Part shown: in pieces, positions 25,121 to 37,387 of the stretch | Layout: every line of letters begins with the position of its first letter | How positions within the stretch are numbered: position 1 is the first letter of the stretch | NCBI GenBank assembly: GCA_030264375.1 | Contig: JASCQW010000132.1 | Coordinates: 75,193,029-75,257,028, forward strand | DNA: 64,000 bases | Direction of reading: 5' to 3' | From: Carcharhinus longimanus | Taxonomy: Eukaryota | Program-made: the position numbers and the translations under genes | The notes under the pieces: generated by a model | What the model was told of the DNA's origin: nothing | The model's input: the letters and a program-made list of their open reading frames with translations, nothing else | Database searches by the model: none

Positions 25121-27429
25121 TTACTATCTTCCTCCAGTGCCTATCCTATGTTGTCGAGCCTTATGTGACTGTTCTCATCTGGTTCCATTTTTAGCTACTT
25201 AACATCCAATAGTCCTTTCCAAATCAATTCTCGTCATTACTCTCTCACACATCTGCTGTCTCTTGGTGACATCATTCAAAGATGCAGGTCAGAATTTTCT
25301 GACCATTCACGCTAGTGGGATTTTCCCATCCCGCTGCACTGAATGGAGAATTTGGTGACAGCTCTCTGTTTCCGTCTACGCTGCAGCAGGAATGTGGTGA
25401 TAAGATCACACCCGCAGAGTCAGCTTTCACCTCTTTGGCCGAACTGTTGCTAAACGTTTCATCCACACCACTGTCACTTTGCACCTCAATCATTCTGACA
25501 TTCTATCTTCAGCCCCAGTTTCCGCAATCCCCAAACGTAACAACATCCAAAATGCTGCTGGTTCTATCCTAACTCCCAAACACACAATAGTCATTGCTGA
25601 TCTACTTTGGCACCTGATTTTCCAACACTTCTGATTTAAAAATCTTACGCCCAAGCTGAAATGATCTTTCTCCTCCCATCTCCATAATCTTTATTAGCCC
25701 TGTAATGCTCCCTTAGAACTCTCCATTGGCATCCTCTACATTGTGCTTTCTTTTGCCTCACCACCAGTGGCTGTGCCTTCAGGCATTTAAAGTCCAACCT
25801 CTGGAATTCTCTAGCTCAAGCCCTCTACCTTTTTTCCCCAAGATAAGATCCTATTTAAAGCTAATTGCTTTGTTAAATCACTCCTGACAAAGTTTTGTCA
25901 GTCAGGAGAACTATCAGTCAGTCCTCAATTTATTGTCTTCAAAAGACAGTATTTCCAATATTTCTGCTGAGTGTCAGCCTAGAATATGAGCTCAAAATAT
26001 AGAGTGGGATTTGAACCCTCAACTCGGTCATGATTCTGATTTCAGTATGCATATGAACATCAATACTGTATATATATCTGCACCACCATATTTAACTTTC
26101 CTAAGCTAAGAATAGAGATAAACTGAGCTGGAAGTCATAAAAAATGTTCACTGAACCAAATTATACTATCTAATCACATACCCATTAAAGTTATGAAAAT
26201 CCTCATTTCTAGACAAGCACTTCAATTCTAATACCTCAGATCCTTAGGTATTCTATCAATTCTTTTGAGTAATGTAATAGTGCTAAGGCTGTCAAAGCAA
26301 ATCTCCAGTGTCAAGTACTGGATGAATAAATATTTCTTGCGACTACATAATCCATGAAATGAACCTCAGAAGAACAATTAAAGATCTGAAGACATGACAC
26401 TGAGGAGTTGCTGTTCTACATTAGCATGCAATCTCAGATTAATTACATTTTGTACATGATGCATATGATATTCTGTTGCCATATTTTACCATTAGATAGA
26501 AGACTTTTCTTTTATTGTTCAGAATCCTTTCCCTTTTATAGCACAGTTCTACGTAGGCTGCATTTTAATTGTCAACAGCTAATTTGCTTACAGTTACAGT
26601 ATTTACCCTGCAGTTAAATGTTCCCTTTCTAAAGATGTTAGATCAAAATTAGAAATATTCTTTAAGGTTGCAATGTTAGTGTTGAAAATGCTGTGAAATA
26701 AAGATGAGCTATTAAAGTGTATTAGCATGCAGGACATGGCATCAAGATGCATGTTCAATCATCCAGGATGCCTAGATCTTGACCTGAGCCAGGGCAATGT
26801 CAACAGAAATTGGATGGAGCCCAGCTATTTCTGTGGTAAGCAACAAGGAATATCATGATCCAAACACGAGTATGCGCACCATAGTGTTTGATTATAAGCA
26901 GCATTGGAAGTGTCTTGCCCATTCACCTGGTTACCTGCAGTTGGTGTGCGTGCTTTATAGCAATGCGGGATAACAATTAACTGTGAGCCTTCAGGTAGAC
27001 ATTACGGTGCACATAATCATTTGCGTCGTTCATAAAGAGTAATATTATTCTTACTGATTTTATCTACTTACTGAAAGCACACATTATAAATAAAATAAAC
27101 AAATGTTGTGGCTTCCTGAACTTAAATCGCCACTCACGTGAGACCTGCAGGATTACGAGCTAATAGTGAGGAGTAACAGGTTGTTAACCTAAGTTAAGTG
27201 CTTTCAGATTTATTTTATTTTTCTTGAGCTCCTCTCACTTTCAGTGATTGAGACTATGATCAGGATTTTCCATTCCAGGGCTAGGTCCTGTGGTGGGAGG
27301 GGGAACACCGAGTGTTCCCTGAGTGTTTCCCACCATGGAGGTTAGTGGGAATTTGTGCTGAATCGCACAATGCTACTTAGGCACCCAGACGTCAACTTCT
27401 TTATCACAAACTCATCGCAGGTAAGAGCA

Positions 27430-27660
27430 AATGGACCAGCAATCCTGGGGAGCTTCACCTGCAGATTCAGTGGCACTTCCCTCAATGTGCTGCTTAATAC
27501 AATTGAAACTTGGAGCAGCATCCCGCACCCCAAGATGGAAAGTGGAGGCCAAGCCATGTGACCAATCCTGTGTGGAGGGATGAAATCAGGCTGGTCAGCC
27601 TCTCGGGCATCCATCAGATGCAGTGCCGGAAACAGAAACCTCAACTGCTTACACTCACTT
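27430..27660 (+). pseudogene. Myb/SANT-like DNA-binding domain remnant of a PIF/Harbinger transposon
   Basis: Joining ORFs 27355-27561 and 27510-27725 across a frameshift gives RFSGTSLNVLLNTIE...P/DGKWRPSHVTNPVW...VS...QCRK, the Myb/SANT (trihelix) pattern of Harbinger accessory proteins. Confidence 0.65.
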
Positions 27661-27751
27661 CACTGAGTGGTACAGTGGATGTCGGTCTCAGAGCCAAAGG
27701 CATCATCAGTGCAGCCCATGCATAAAAGAGCTACTCAGTGTGATAGGTGAT

Positions 27752-27950
27752 GTAAGAAGTCTCACCACACCACGTTAAAGTCCAACAGGTTTATCTGGTA
27801 GCATAAGCTTTCGGAGCACCTCCCCTTCACTCACCTGATGAAACAACAATGTTCCAAATGCTCGTACTACCAAATAAACCTGTAGGATTTTAACCTGATG
27901 TTTTGAGACTACTTACTGTGCCTCCCCAGTGCCAGCATCTCCATATCATG
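27752..27950. mobile_element. Palindromic mini-Penelope (two inverted terminal-repeat fragments)
   Basis: gtaagaagtctca..aaagtccaacaggtttatctggtag is inverted to ctaccaaataaacctgtaggattttaacc..tgagactacttac; degenerate ctgatga/cgaaagc motifs lie at the centre. Confidence 0.7.
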
Positions 27951-28079
27951 ATAAGGTGATGACTGAGAACCCTCTGCAGTCCATCCAGCCTGCAGATGGG
28001 GTGGTCACTGTGAGTTCCTGACCCCTCTGTCAATGTATCAACAGCTGAATCCTTTTGGCAATTACATGGTTAAGCCAGC

Positions 28080-28120
<41 letters not shown>
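28080..28120. repeat. (TG)n microsatellite
   Basis: Directly visible tgtgtg run. Confidence 0.98.
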
Positions 28121-28126
<6 letters not shown>

Positions 28127-28184
28127 GAGGGGTGGTACTGGCATAACTGCTGTTTGGAACATCTTGAGGTACATCGAGGGAAGG

Positions 28185-28855
28185 TCAAGGCGTCACAGGT
28201 GGATAGGATCGTAAAGAGCGCTTTTGGTACACTGGCCTTTATAAATCGGAGTATCAAGTATAAAAGTTGAAGTGTTATGGTAAGGCTGTATAAGGCATTG
28301 GTGAGGCCGAATTTAGAGTATTGTGTACAGTTTTGGTCACCTAGTTACAGGAAGGATGTAAATNNNNNNNNNNNNNNNNNNNNNNNNNNNNNNNNNNNNN
28401 NNNNNNNNNNNNNNNNNNNNNNNNNNNNNNNNNNNNNNNNNNNNNNNNNNNNNNNNNNNNNNNNNNNNNNNNNNNNNNNNNNNNNNNNNNNNNNNNNNNN
28501 NNNNNNNNNNNNNNNNNNNNNNNNNNNNNNNNNNNNNNAAGCAGGCTTTTTCCACTGAGGCTAGAGGAGAAAAAAAACAGAGGGCATGGGTTAAGGGTGA
28601 AAGGAGAAAAGTTTAGAGAGAATACTGGGGGGGCTTCTTCACGCAGAGACTGGTGGGAGTGTGGAATGAGCTGCCGGATAAAGTGGTAAATGCGGGGTCA
28701 GTTAAGAAAAACTTGGACGGGTTTATGGATGAGAAGGATGTGGAGGGATATGGTCCAAGTGCAGGTCAGTGGGACTAGGCAAAAAATGGTTCAGCACAAA
28801 CAAGAAAGGCCAAAAGGTCTGTTTCTGAGCTGCAATTTTCTACGGTTCTATGGAG
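28185..28855 (+). mobile_element. CR1 3' region spanning a gap
   Basis: VDRIVKSAFGTLAFINRSIKYKS...[26 protein letters not shown]; 3' tail ttctacggttctatg. Confidence 0.9.
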
Positions 28856-31381
28856 TTTGAAAGCTCGATGTGCTTCAGTTTTGGATATGGCAACATACCA
28901 GTGTCTTTTAAGAAAGAGTGTCTTCCCTTGTCTTTTCATCAGTACAGGTGTGTTTTCTAGTGACCTACCTCTATGTTAAGTTGATCTTTGATGAAAATTG
29001 CACAGATGACGCTAGACATTAAGAATGAAGGAGCGACCATGTGTGGAAACACTGTAGAACTATATTTTACTAGGTTGGGCCATTACTGCCTGCCGTTAAG
29101 GAAGCCTGAAATTTCTCATCAAAGAATTCAAGTTGTCCTGTTAACATCCGGGAATAAGAATTTGGTGGACCAAAAAAATGATGATTTGAAAGTTGCATGG
29201 ACAGTTTCCACATTCTGTGCCACAAGAACAGAAGGTATTACTGCGAGATACTGGAGTGCTTGATAAAGAATGTGACAATCTTATTCAGCAAGTCACCTTT
29301 CGATAAGAAGTTTATATCAAATATCAAGAGAAACCACCACATCTGCTTGTGAGTTTAATACTAGCCAGGGAACTTAATGGTGCAGTGGCAATGGATTTAA
29401 ACATATGGGACAAAGTTGGGGTTTTTCTTTGTTACGCTGTTTGGTTATGGTGACTGGATTTAGCATATTCACTGTAATACATGGCAAACACAAATGGACC
29501 ACTGTCAATCAGGTCATGAAGAAAAGGGTGGTCAGGATGAGGAACACCAACAGAACTGTGTTGGTGGGGAATTTGCCAATGGGGAATTTCATTGTCATGC
29601 ACACTGTGGCTGAGAGCCCATTCAGTAATGGTATGTGCAAGAGAAACCATGCAGTGATAGATGACATGTTACATAAAATATTGGCTGATCAACCAGACTG
29701 TAAATTGCAAACGGTGCTTGAATGGGCAGTACATGCAAAGAACTCTTTGCAAATAGTTGGGGGGTTCAGTCTGTACCAGTTGGTGCACAGCAGGAATCTG
29801 AGATTGCCTTTGGTCTCATCAGATGCTCCCCCTGCTCCAGAAAATACTGGCATTAGCTTTACTTATTCTGCTTACATGAATGCCTTCATGCAAGCAGAAA
29901 GGATTTTGTCAAAGTTGAGGTTTTGGAGAAAATTCAGAGTACCTTAGAGCCAATGAGAGTACAGTTTAGACAGGGAAACCTGGTATATTACAAAAGAGAA
30001 GGGCAGAAAGAATGGAAAGGTCCTGGCAAAATGATTGGCAGTGAAGGAAAAGCAGTAATTGTACAATACAGAAATCAAACTGTTAAGGCTCATTATTTGA
30101 TCCGAATTAACACTGACTATATTTTTACAGGTTTGGAACAAGGCTCAGAGAGTGAAGGGGTCTCATGCACTTTACATTTGTACATCTTGGGCAATTATCA
30201 GAAGCCAACATCAGCACATAGAGAATTGATCGTCAATGAATGAAGTAAAACTGAAGTGCAGGATAAGGCTTTTATTCAAAAGGACAAGTATTTAAAGTAG
30301 GAACAAAAGTAGCATATATGCCAGAAAAACCCAGTGTGGGTAAGGATGCCATTATCAGAGGAAGAACAGGAAAACCAATTGGGAAATATAAACATTGGTT
30401 AACGTGGAGGAGGAAGGTCAGGAGATAGGACTTGTGCATTGGAAAAATGATGCAAGGATGTGGAAGGCCAGAAAGCACATTGTAAGTTCTGACAGTGAAC
30501 CAGAAAAAGGTTGTGATAGCAGGAAAAGAGCATGAAATTGCAATCAGGCCTCTGATCCAATGCGGGAAAGGTTGTGTACCCATAGTACAGAAAGAGAGAA
30601 AGGGATAAGTAGAGTTTGGACTTTGGCAAGAAAAAGAAACCATGGAACAAACTAGGAACGTTACTGGAAGCAGAAGCCCTCAAGATAGAGAGATTGTAGT
30701 GGCTACTAATAAATTTGGAAGATAGCTGATAAAGGAAGCAAAACAAAGAATTGGAAAGTATTTTGACTGTATACCAAAATACCAGCCAGCCTCATCACAT
30801 AGGCACATCAAAGCTAAAGCAAAAGCAAAACTGGAAGCTCAGGGTTTTGTGGAGAGACCTGGAGATCAAGATGTCAGGGTGGACTCCCCAACTACAGGGA
30901 ATGTAAGCTTGAAGTTTATTTTTAGCCACTTTAGCAACATACTCCTGAGAGTGCAAATTGATAGATATAAAAGCTGCATTTTTTGCAGGGGGAGAAATTT
31001 CAAAGGGAAATATTTTTGAAACTAATTAAAGAAGCTGCTGATACAGAAGGAAAATTGTGGAAATTAAACAAGTATGTTTATGGACTGAATGCTGCACCAA
31101 GAGTATAGTATATTTCCATCAGGTTGGTCTTATTGAAAACAGTTTTCCAGACCCTGTGATGTGTAATTGGCGTAACAAGATAGGTTAGCAGGAATCTTTA
31201 TTATGTATGTGGATGGTTTTCTGTGGGGAGGTTCAGTCGAATTTGAGCAATGGGTGATTGATAAAATCATGAAGGAATTCAAGATTGGAAATCAGGCTTC
31301 AGGGGCCTTTCATTACATAGGTTTAAACATTAAGCAAAACAAATCAGAAATGACATTGAAGCAACAATCTCATTGAGAAAG

Positions 31382-31540
31382 TTAGGTGAACTGGCCGTGC
31401 TAAATTGCCCCTTGTCAGGGGGACTAGCTAGGGTAAATGCATGGGGTTATGGAGATAGGGCCTGGGTGGGATTGTAATCATTGCAGACGCAATGGGCCAA
31501 ATGACCTCCTTCTGCACAGTGGGATTCTATGAATTCTACG
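31382..31540 (+). mobile_element. HE1-type SINE 3' fragment nested in the copia RT
   Basis: ttaggtgaactggccgtgctaaattgcccc...gggccaaatgacctccttctgcacagtgggattctatga. Confidence 0.85.
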
Positions 31541-31799
31541 AAAAAAGTGTTAGTCGCATTCCAAAAAATTGGGTCAGGTCTTCACAAAAAAGGTTCCACA
31601 GTCCAAGGAAGAAACAGATCAATAGAGAGGTTTATCTGGACAGTTGAACTGGCTGTGCATTCAGAATAGGTCTGATGCTAGTTATGACATGTTGGAGCTG
31701 AGTACTATGATGAAACACACTACGTGGATATGCTGGGGTAAACACAGTAAAAAGTCTGACAACGCCAGATTTTAGTCCAACCGATTTATTTGATAGTAA

Positions 31800-31841
31800 A
31801 CTCACTAGTTTTCAAGGGGATTCCCTCTTCTTCAGGTGAGT
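31800..31841 (-). ncRNA. Minimal type I hammerhead ribozyme motif (Penelope-associated)
   Basis: ACUCAC-CUGAAGA-AGAGGGAAUCCCCUU-GAAA-AC-UA-GUGAGU: stem I ACUCAC/GUGAGU, core CUGANGA and GAAA, stem II AGGG/CCCU. Confidence 0.7.
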
Positions 31842-32073
31842 GGAGAGTTCTGGCCTCAGACAGAGCATATAAAGCACAGACAGTTTACAGATTACTGATT
31901 AGAATGCGAATCTTTACNNNNNNNNNNNNNNNNNNNNNNNNNNNNNNNNNNNNNNNNNNNNNNNNNNNNNNNNNNNNNNNNNNNNNNNNNNNNNNNNNNN
32001 NNNNNNNNNNNNNNNNNCAGTAATCTCTAAACTGTCTGTGCTTTATATGCTCTGTCTGAGGCCAGAACTCTCC

Positions 32074-32115
32074 ATTCACCTGACGAAGAGGGAATCCCCT
32101 TGAAAGCTAGTGAGT
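32074..32115 (+). ncRNA. Minimal type I hammerhead ribozyme motif (Penelope-associated)
   Basis: AUUCAC-CUGACGA-AGAGGGAAUCCCCUU-GAAA-GC-UA-GUGAGU: stem I AUUCAC/GUGAGU, intact core, palindromic AGCU replacing helix III, predicted cleavage 3' of A32109. Confidence 0.8.
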
Positions 32116-32964
32116 TTACTATCAAATAAATCAGTTGGACTAAAATCTGGTGTTGTCAGACTTTTTACTGTGAAACACACTACAGCAGAGGAAGTTCTGA
32201 GAACAAACAAAACATTGAAGAAATTACATTTTGAGAAATGCACGCTCAAGTTTCCAGCCTTGGGTGAACAAGATGATTTGAGGTTGGTCATTCTTAGCAA
32301 TGCTTCATGTGTTGTTCTTCCAAATGGATATTCTAGCACAGCACAGTTTAATCTCATTGGCTTGAGAAGCCAAGAAAATCAAATGGGTAACGAACAGCAA
32401 CTTAGTGGCTGAAACATTGGCATTAGTAGAAGCATATTGTGTGTGTGTTGCAGGGGGGGGAAACCTACTGATCCAATATATTGACAAACACACTATACAA
32501 AGGGAACAATGAGAAAAGTTTGCCGATCACTTGCTACCCTAACAATCGATCCCTCCAGGGAAACGTCCGCTCAGTGAAAAGCAGAGCTGAAAAAAAAGCT
32601 AAGAATAGGCCTGGCTAGCATGAAAGAAATGCTATACAAGGGAGATCTCTATGCTACGATGGGTAGCCAGAATTCACCATTTTTCAGACTATTTAATGAA
32701 AAGAAACGCCTGCTCCAAGAAATTGTTAAATTTATTGTAAGAGGGGCATCATATGCTATAATGGAAAATTGAATGTTTGCTTTGTAATTATGTGTATATA
32801 CAAAAGGTGGTCATGGGAATATGAGATCTACAATGTTGAAGCACATAACCTTGTTTCTGTTTTTCTTTAAATGTGTCCTTGAATTTATTTTTTTTCTTAA
32901 GCTATATGCCAGTATATCAGCAATTGCATCCATTGGCAAATACATTGTTAAGCCAATTGAATTC

Positions 32965-33495
32965 TTGTAGGCCATATGATATAGGAGCAGAATTAGGCCA
33001 TTTAGCCCACTGAGTCTGCTCTGCCATTCAATCATGGTTGATATGATTCTGGACCCCATTCTCTTGCCTTCTCTCCGTAACTCTTGATCCCCTTATTGAT
33101 CAAGAATCTATCTATCTCTGTCTGAATGACAGTCAATGACCTAGCCTCCACAGCCCTCTGTGGCAATGAGTTCCACAGATTCACCACCCCCTGGCTGAAG
33201 AAATTCCTGCTCACCTTAGTTTTAAAGGAGTATCCCTTCACTCTGGGGCTCTGCGCTCAAGTTCTAGTCTCTCCCACTAATGGAAACATCCTTTCCATGT
33301 CCAATCTATCTAAACCTCTCAGTATTGTGTAAGTTTCAATTAGATCCCCCCTCCTCCTTCTAAACTCCATCGAGTATAGATCCAGACTCCTCAACCGCTC
33401 CTCATATGACAAACCCTTCATTCCCATTCTTGTGAATCTCTTCTGGACCCTCTCCAAAGGCCAGCACATCCTTCCTTAGGTATGGAGCTCAGGAC
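32965..33495 (-). mobile_element. CR1 3' fragment
   Basis: LERVQKRFTRM..GMKGLSYEERLRSLDLYSMEFRRRRGDLIETY...RNFFSQGVVNLWNSLPQRAVEA. Confidence 0.92.
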
Positions 33496-33899
33496 AGTTG
33501 ATGATCAATGGCTCAACCTCCAACAGTGTATAAATGGACACAGCCGGAACATTTAGAGAAGCAAAAAATTATTAAAATAAACTTGCTAAAGATAAAAAAT
33601 AAGCTTCCGGCTTATTCTTTCACCATTCACATTATTAGAATTAACACCTTCCACACAGAATTCGCATGTTGTCTGGGGCAGGGGAAAGGTGTTTGGTCTT
33701 CAGTGCACCAGCGAATGACTTGGCAGCTTCCTCCATGGACTCTGCATGATCTGCATGGACTCGCCACTTTGGAGGTTGCTGCCCTAGAACCCATGTAGAC
33801 AACTAGCAATGCATCAACCGCTTGGCACACAATCCAGTGGGTTGTTTGTTTGGAAGCATGAGAAAGATGCCTGAAATCCAAGTGCCCTCAACCCCATCT

Positions 33900-35150
33900 T
33901 CTCTGTTTGCACAAGGACGGTTTCAACACAGTAGGGGTGAGAGACAGAGATTGGAGGAGGCCAGGCTGGGCTTGAAGAACCTTAGAGTTTTACGAGTGGG
34001 CAGCTGAGTGGACAGGAACTGGACTGAGTCAGCGAAGATGGAAAGATCAGCGAATGGCTTCTATCCAGTACAGATCCATGCATAACGTGGGCATATAGAA
34101 ACCTCAGGGTCATGCATTCCTGCATTCTAGCAGCAGCTTACACAGTCACTTGCTCTCTCCTCTCGCACTTACAGATACCAGCAGGAAGAGGGACATGTAA
34201 GAGAATATGCTCTATCCAGCAGTTCCTCCAACCCACAGAGGACCGGGGATATTGAGGAGGAGGAAGAAAGTGCACCTGCTGTGCCATCACAGCAGTCACC
34301 TGCACCCTCAACATTCGCAGACACTCACACCACACTTAGCTAACAGATCTAGGTCAGGCAGGGACTCCTGTAATGGTGGTTACTGCACTGACACATGTCC
34401 ACAACAGGAGTCAGGAAAATCCAAGCTCACCTACGCTCTGAGGTCTCTGGGGAACATCATCTGCAATGTCCAAGTTAGATAATGAGCCTCTGAGATCAGC
34501 CCAGCTGAGATGCTGGAGATGTTGTGAGTGGAGCGGGAACATCAGGCAGAGATGGCAGAGGCCCTCAACAGAGTGGCACATTAGGAGAGGGAGTAGTCAC
34601 CTGCTGGCTGATGTAGTGGTTCTAATCTGAAGCATTGGAAGTCTCCATGGGGAGAATGGCAAATGCCATGGAGAATCTTACCCAGCAGAATGCCAAGTTT
34701 CTGTCAGAGAAACGTGCAGACCTGCACTCCAACACATGGTGGAAATCTTTCAGTAGGGACACAAAAGGGGGGAACACAAAAGGGGGAACAGGGCACCTTT
34801 ACCTCCTTCCACACAGGAGTCAGGCAGGGGCCTTCACACAGCTAAAGGAAGAAGTGACTGTAAGACACCCCTGGAATCTCCATGCAGGACTCTGAGGATA
34901 TGCAGCATTCGGGATTCTATTCGCCTATGACCCCTTTAGCTTGGTCCTCTGTGACTGCAGAAGAAACAGCTGCCCTACAGCAGGACAGCTAAAGTTAGTC
35001 TGGGCCTTCCAGGTCTCGTGTCTCCAGAGGACACTTGACTTGGTCATCCAAGATGGCAGGACAAATTGGTCAGCTGGCTACATGCACCCATGCTTCAGAT
35101 GTCAGGGGAGCACCTAGAAAAAGTGGTAGAAAATGTGAGGTTCAGAAGGT
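33900..35150 (+). pseudogene. Decayed C-terminal exons of a Harbinger-type Myb/SANT accessory protein gene
   Basis: HSRGERQ/IGGG motif (TGGG-like, as follows Myb/SANT domains), an intron ending ctctcgcacttacag, then acidic/Ser-Pro DTSRKR..EEEEESAPAVPSQQSPAPST and coiled-coil-like EHQAEMAEALNRVA..EVSMGRMANAMENLTQQ with stops. Confidence 0.5.
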
Positions 35151-35649
35151 AAGATTTCACACGTAGCTATACGGACGCACTATGATTGTTGATGTTCTTA
35201 CACTTCTGTAAATAGACTACACTTGCACTTTAATGAGGGCTGATGTGATTTAATTGCGATTTATAGTTCTTAGCCTATGTACCCCTCCGCCTTCAGCCAA
35301 ATACACTAAGCTGGTTTATGTCCCCTGGAATCATGCACATGCAGGGAGGCAAGGGTCATTTCCAGGAACTCGCAAGCCATGTACACGAAGCCTCCCTGCA
35401 CACTGAGCCTTTGCCTTTCATGTACTTATCTGTTGAAACACCCCAGCAGTGTCAGTACTAAACCCTGGGGTTCCCTTAAGTTAACCAGTTGAGTTGAGCT
35501 GACCTGCCACTCCACCCACACCTGCTGACCTAAGTTCCACACATGGCCATGGTGCATATGACTTTTGAGATCGAGTCCAAAACTGTTCAACCTTCCCCAT
35601 TAAGCTTTCCTGATCTTACCATCAATCTCCCCACAGTCAGCCTCTCCCA

Positions 35650-35955
35650 CCACCTGGCACAGTGGTTAGTATTGCTACCTCACAGTGCCAGAAATCCAGC
35701 CTTGGGTGTCCATGTGAAGTTTGCATACTCTCCCTGTGTCTGTGTGCGTTTTCTCCGACAGCCCAAAGTTGTGCGGATTAGGTGGACTGGCTATTCTAAA
35801 TTGCCCTTTACTGTTCCAAAATGTGTAGGTTTGGTGGATTAGCAGGGTAAATGTGTGGAGTTATGGGGATAAGGTAAGGAAGAGGGCCTGAATAAGAGAA
35901 TTGGTGCAAACTTGATGAGTCTGATGGCCTCTTCTGTGCTGTAGGATTCTATGTT
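35650..35955 (+). mobile_element. HE1-type SINE
   Basis: tggcacagtggttagtattgctacctcacagtgccag...gatggcctcttctgtgctgtaggattctatg. Confidence 0.85.
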
Positions 35956-37387
35956 TACGTCTCCCACCTTACGGAAGAGCCCATTCCCCACCCGAACCTG
36001 CCTAATCCCAGATTCCAGTTTTCCTTCTGTTTTCCCTCTAACAAGCTTCAGTGTTTCTTCAACCATCATCGTAGGACTCACTCTGCCACACTACTGGCTC
36101 CCACGGCTTCCTCTAATCTTATCATCCTTTCCTATAAACAATTTCCTCAGAAAGCCCATCAGGGCTCATCCATTGATCCATAAACCTCCCTCTGAATCCT
36201 CTTCCCTTCTTCGTCCCCCCTCCCAGCCCTCCCTTCACAATTGCACACCCCCTCCATGCCTGTTCACCCCACTCACTCCACCATGGCCCTTCTTACCATA
36301 CCACCTCATCCATTCCAAAATCCTTGCAGCATTTCTTTCACCTACCTCCCTCACCCCTCTTGTTAGGCCTCCACACCCATCCCACCTCTACAATCCTTTC
36401 CTCCATGTCTAATCCCCCCACCACCCTGCACAGACCATTGCTGCGAGGCAGTATCTTATGCAGCTATCCGCCAGCAGTGAGAAGAGATTCACATCCTGAA
36501 AGTTCCTGTACTGTACTGAAACAGTAAAGGATTCACGAGGCTGATGCTTCACTCAGCCACTGTTGCTCATGGTGTTCCAGGGTACACAGTTACTGGAAGC
36601 CTCTGTCTTCCAATCTTTACAAGTTGCCCAGGCTTTCTTCCAGGTGAGTCCTGATGGTGTCCACACCATGTTGGTCCAGACCGGCGGAATATCCCACTGA
36701 TGGTTGGCAACGTAAATTGGTCCACACCAACCTTTGGGAGTGATGCCCGCCATGAGAGCACAAGTTCCAGCCATCATTCCACATTGGCAGGAAACCATTT
36801 TTTCAACTCCCACCACATCGTTGGCCCCACATCCCATCCTCCCAACCTCCCGATTAAACCTGTTGCTGTTCAAACTGGAAAATGCTAGCCAATGAGTATG
36901 TCAGGGATACAGGCTGAAATGATTCAATCCCATTTCTCCCAAGTTAGCTGATTTCACTGTGGGAGATGAGAACACTGTTACAATGTGCTATCTTTCCTCT
37001 GGGCTCATGGGAGGAAATTCAGATAGGGTTCCTTAGTCTGACATTCAATAACCCACACTGGATATGAGCACTTGTGGATGTGATGATGGGCCAGAATCAG
37101 GCTCTGCCATGATTCCCCACACAGTTAAATAGCCTGTTAATTTTCAACAGCCAAACTTTCACATAAACATGGACACTTTGCAGAGTGGTAGGAGAGCACC
37201 GTAAAACTGTACATTGCAAAGAATGAACATCCTCTGCAGAGGAGGATACAGGAAAGTAAACAAACAGGAAAAGAATAGAACACTGCTTGATATGTTTGAA
37301 AGTAAAAAATTTTGAGAAAATGGTAAGTATAAATTATATATTTGCAATGATTGAAGGACATGTAGAGTTTTTTCTAATCGTGTTACA

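Larger units (their letters stand above)
31724..32170. mobile_element. Penelope-like element with inverted terminal repeats around a gap and a 13-bp target-site duplication
   Basis: 31744-31890 is the reverse complement of 32018-32172; tgaaacacactac is duplicated at 31711-31723 and 32171-32183; removing the insert restores the copia frame ELSTMMKHTTAEEVLRTNK. Confidence 0.85.
28860..32770 (+). mobile_element. Decayed Ty1/copia LTR retrotransposon pol (GalEa-like): protease end - integrase - RT - RNase H
   Basis: Domain order INT before RT. Motifs: MTLDIKNE...GHYCLPL; KLHGQFPH; VAMDL; TVAESPFSNGMCKRNHAVI; AVHAKNSL...GFSLYQLV; VYYKREGQKEWKGPGKMIG; QGFVE..DVRVDSPT; IDIKAAFL/QG; LWKLNKYVYGLNAAPR; YVDGFLWGG; GQLNWL; LVILSNAS; VAETLALVEA; KLRIGLASMKEML. 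No LTRs recognised. Confidence 0.85.

Noticed and set aside
35951-36430. 153-aa Pro/Ser/Leu-rich ORF
   Set aside because: C/T-rich low-complexity sequence within transposon remnants; no coding signature.
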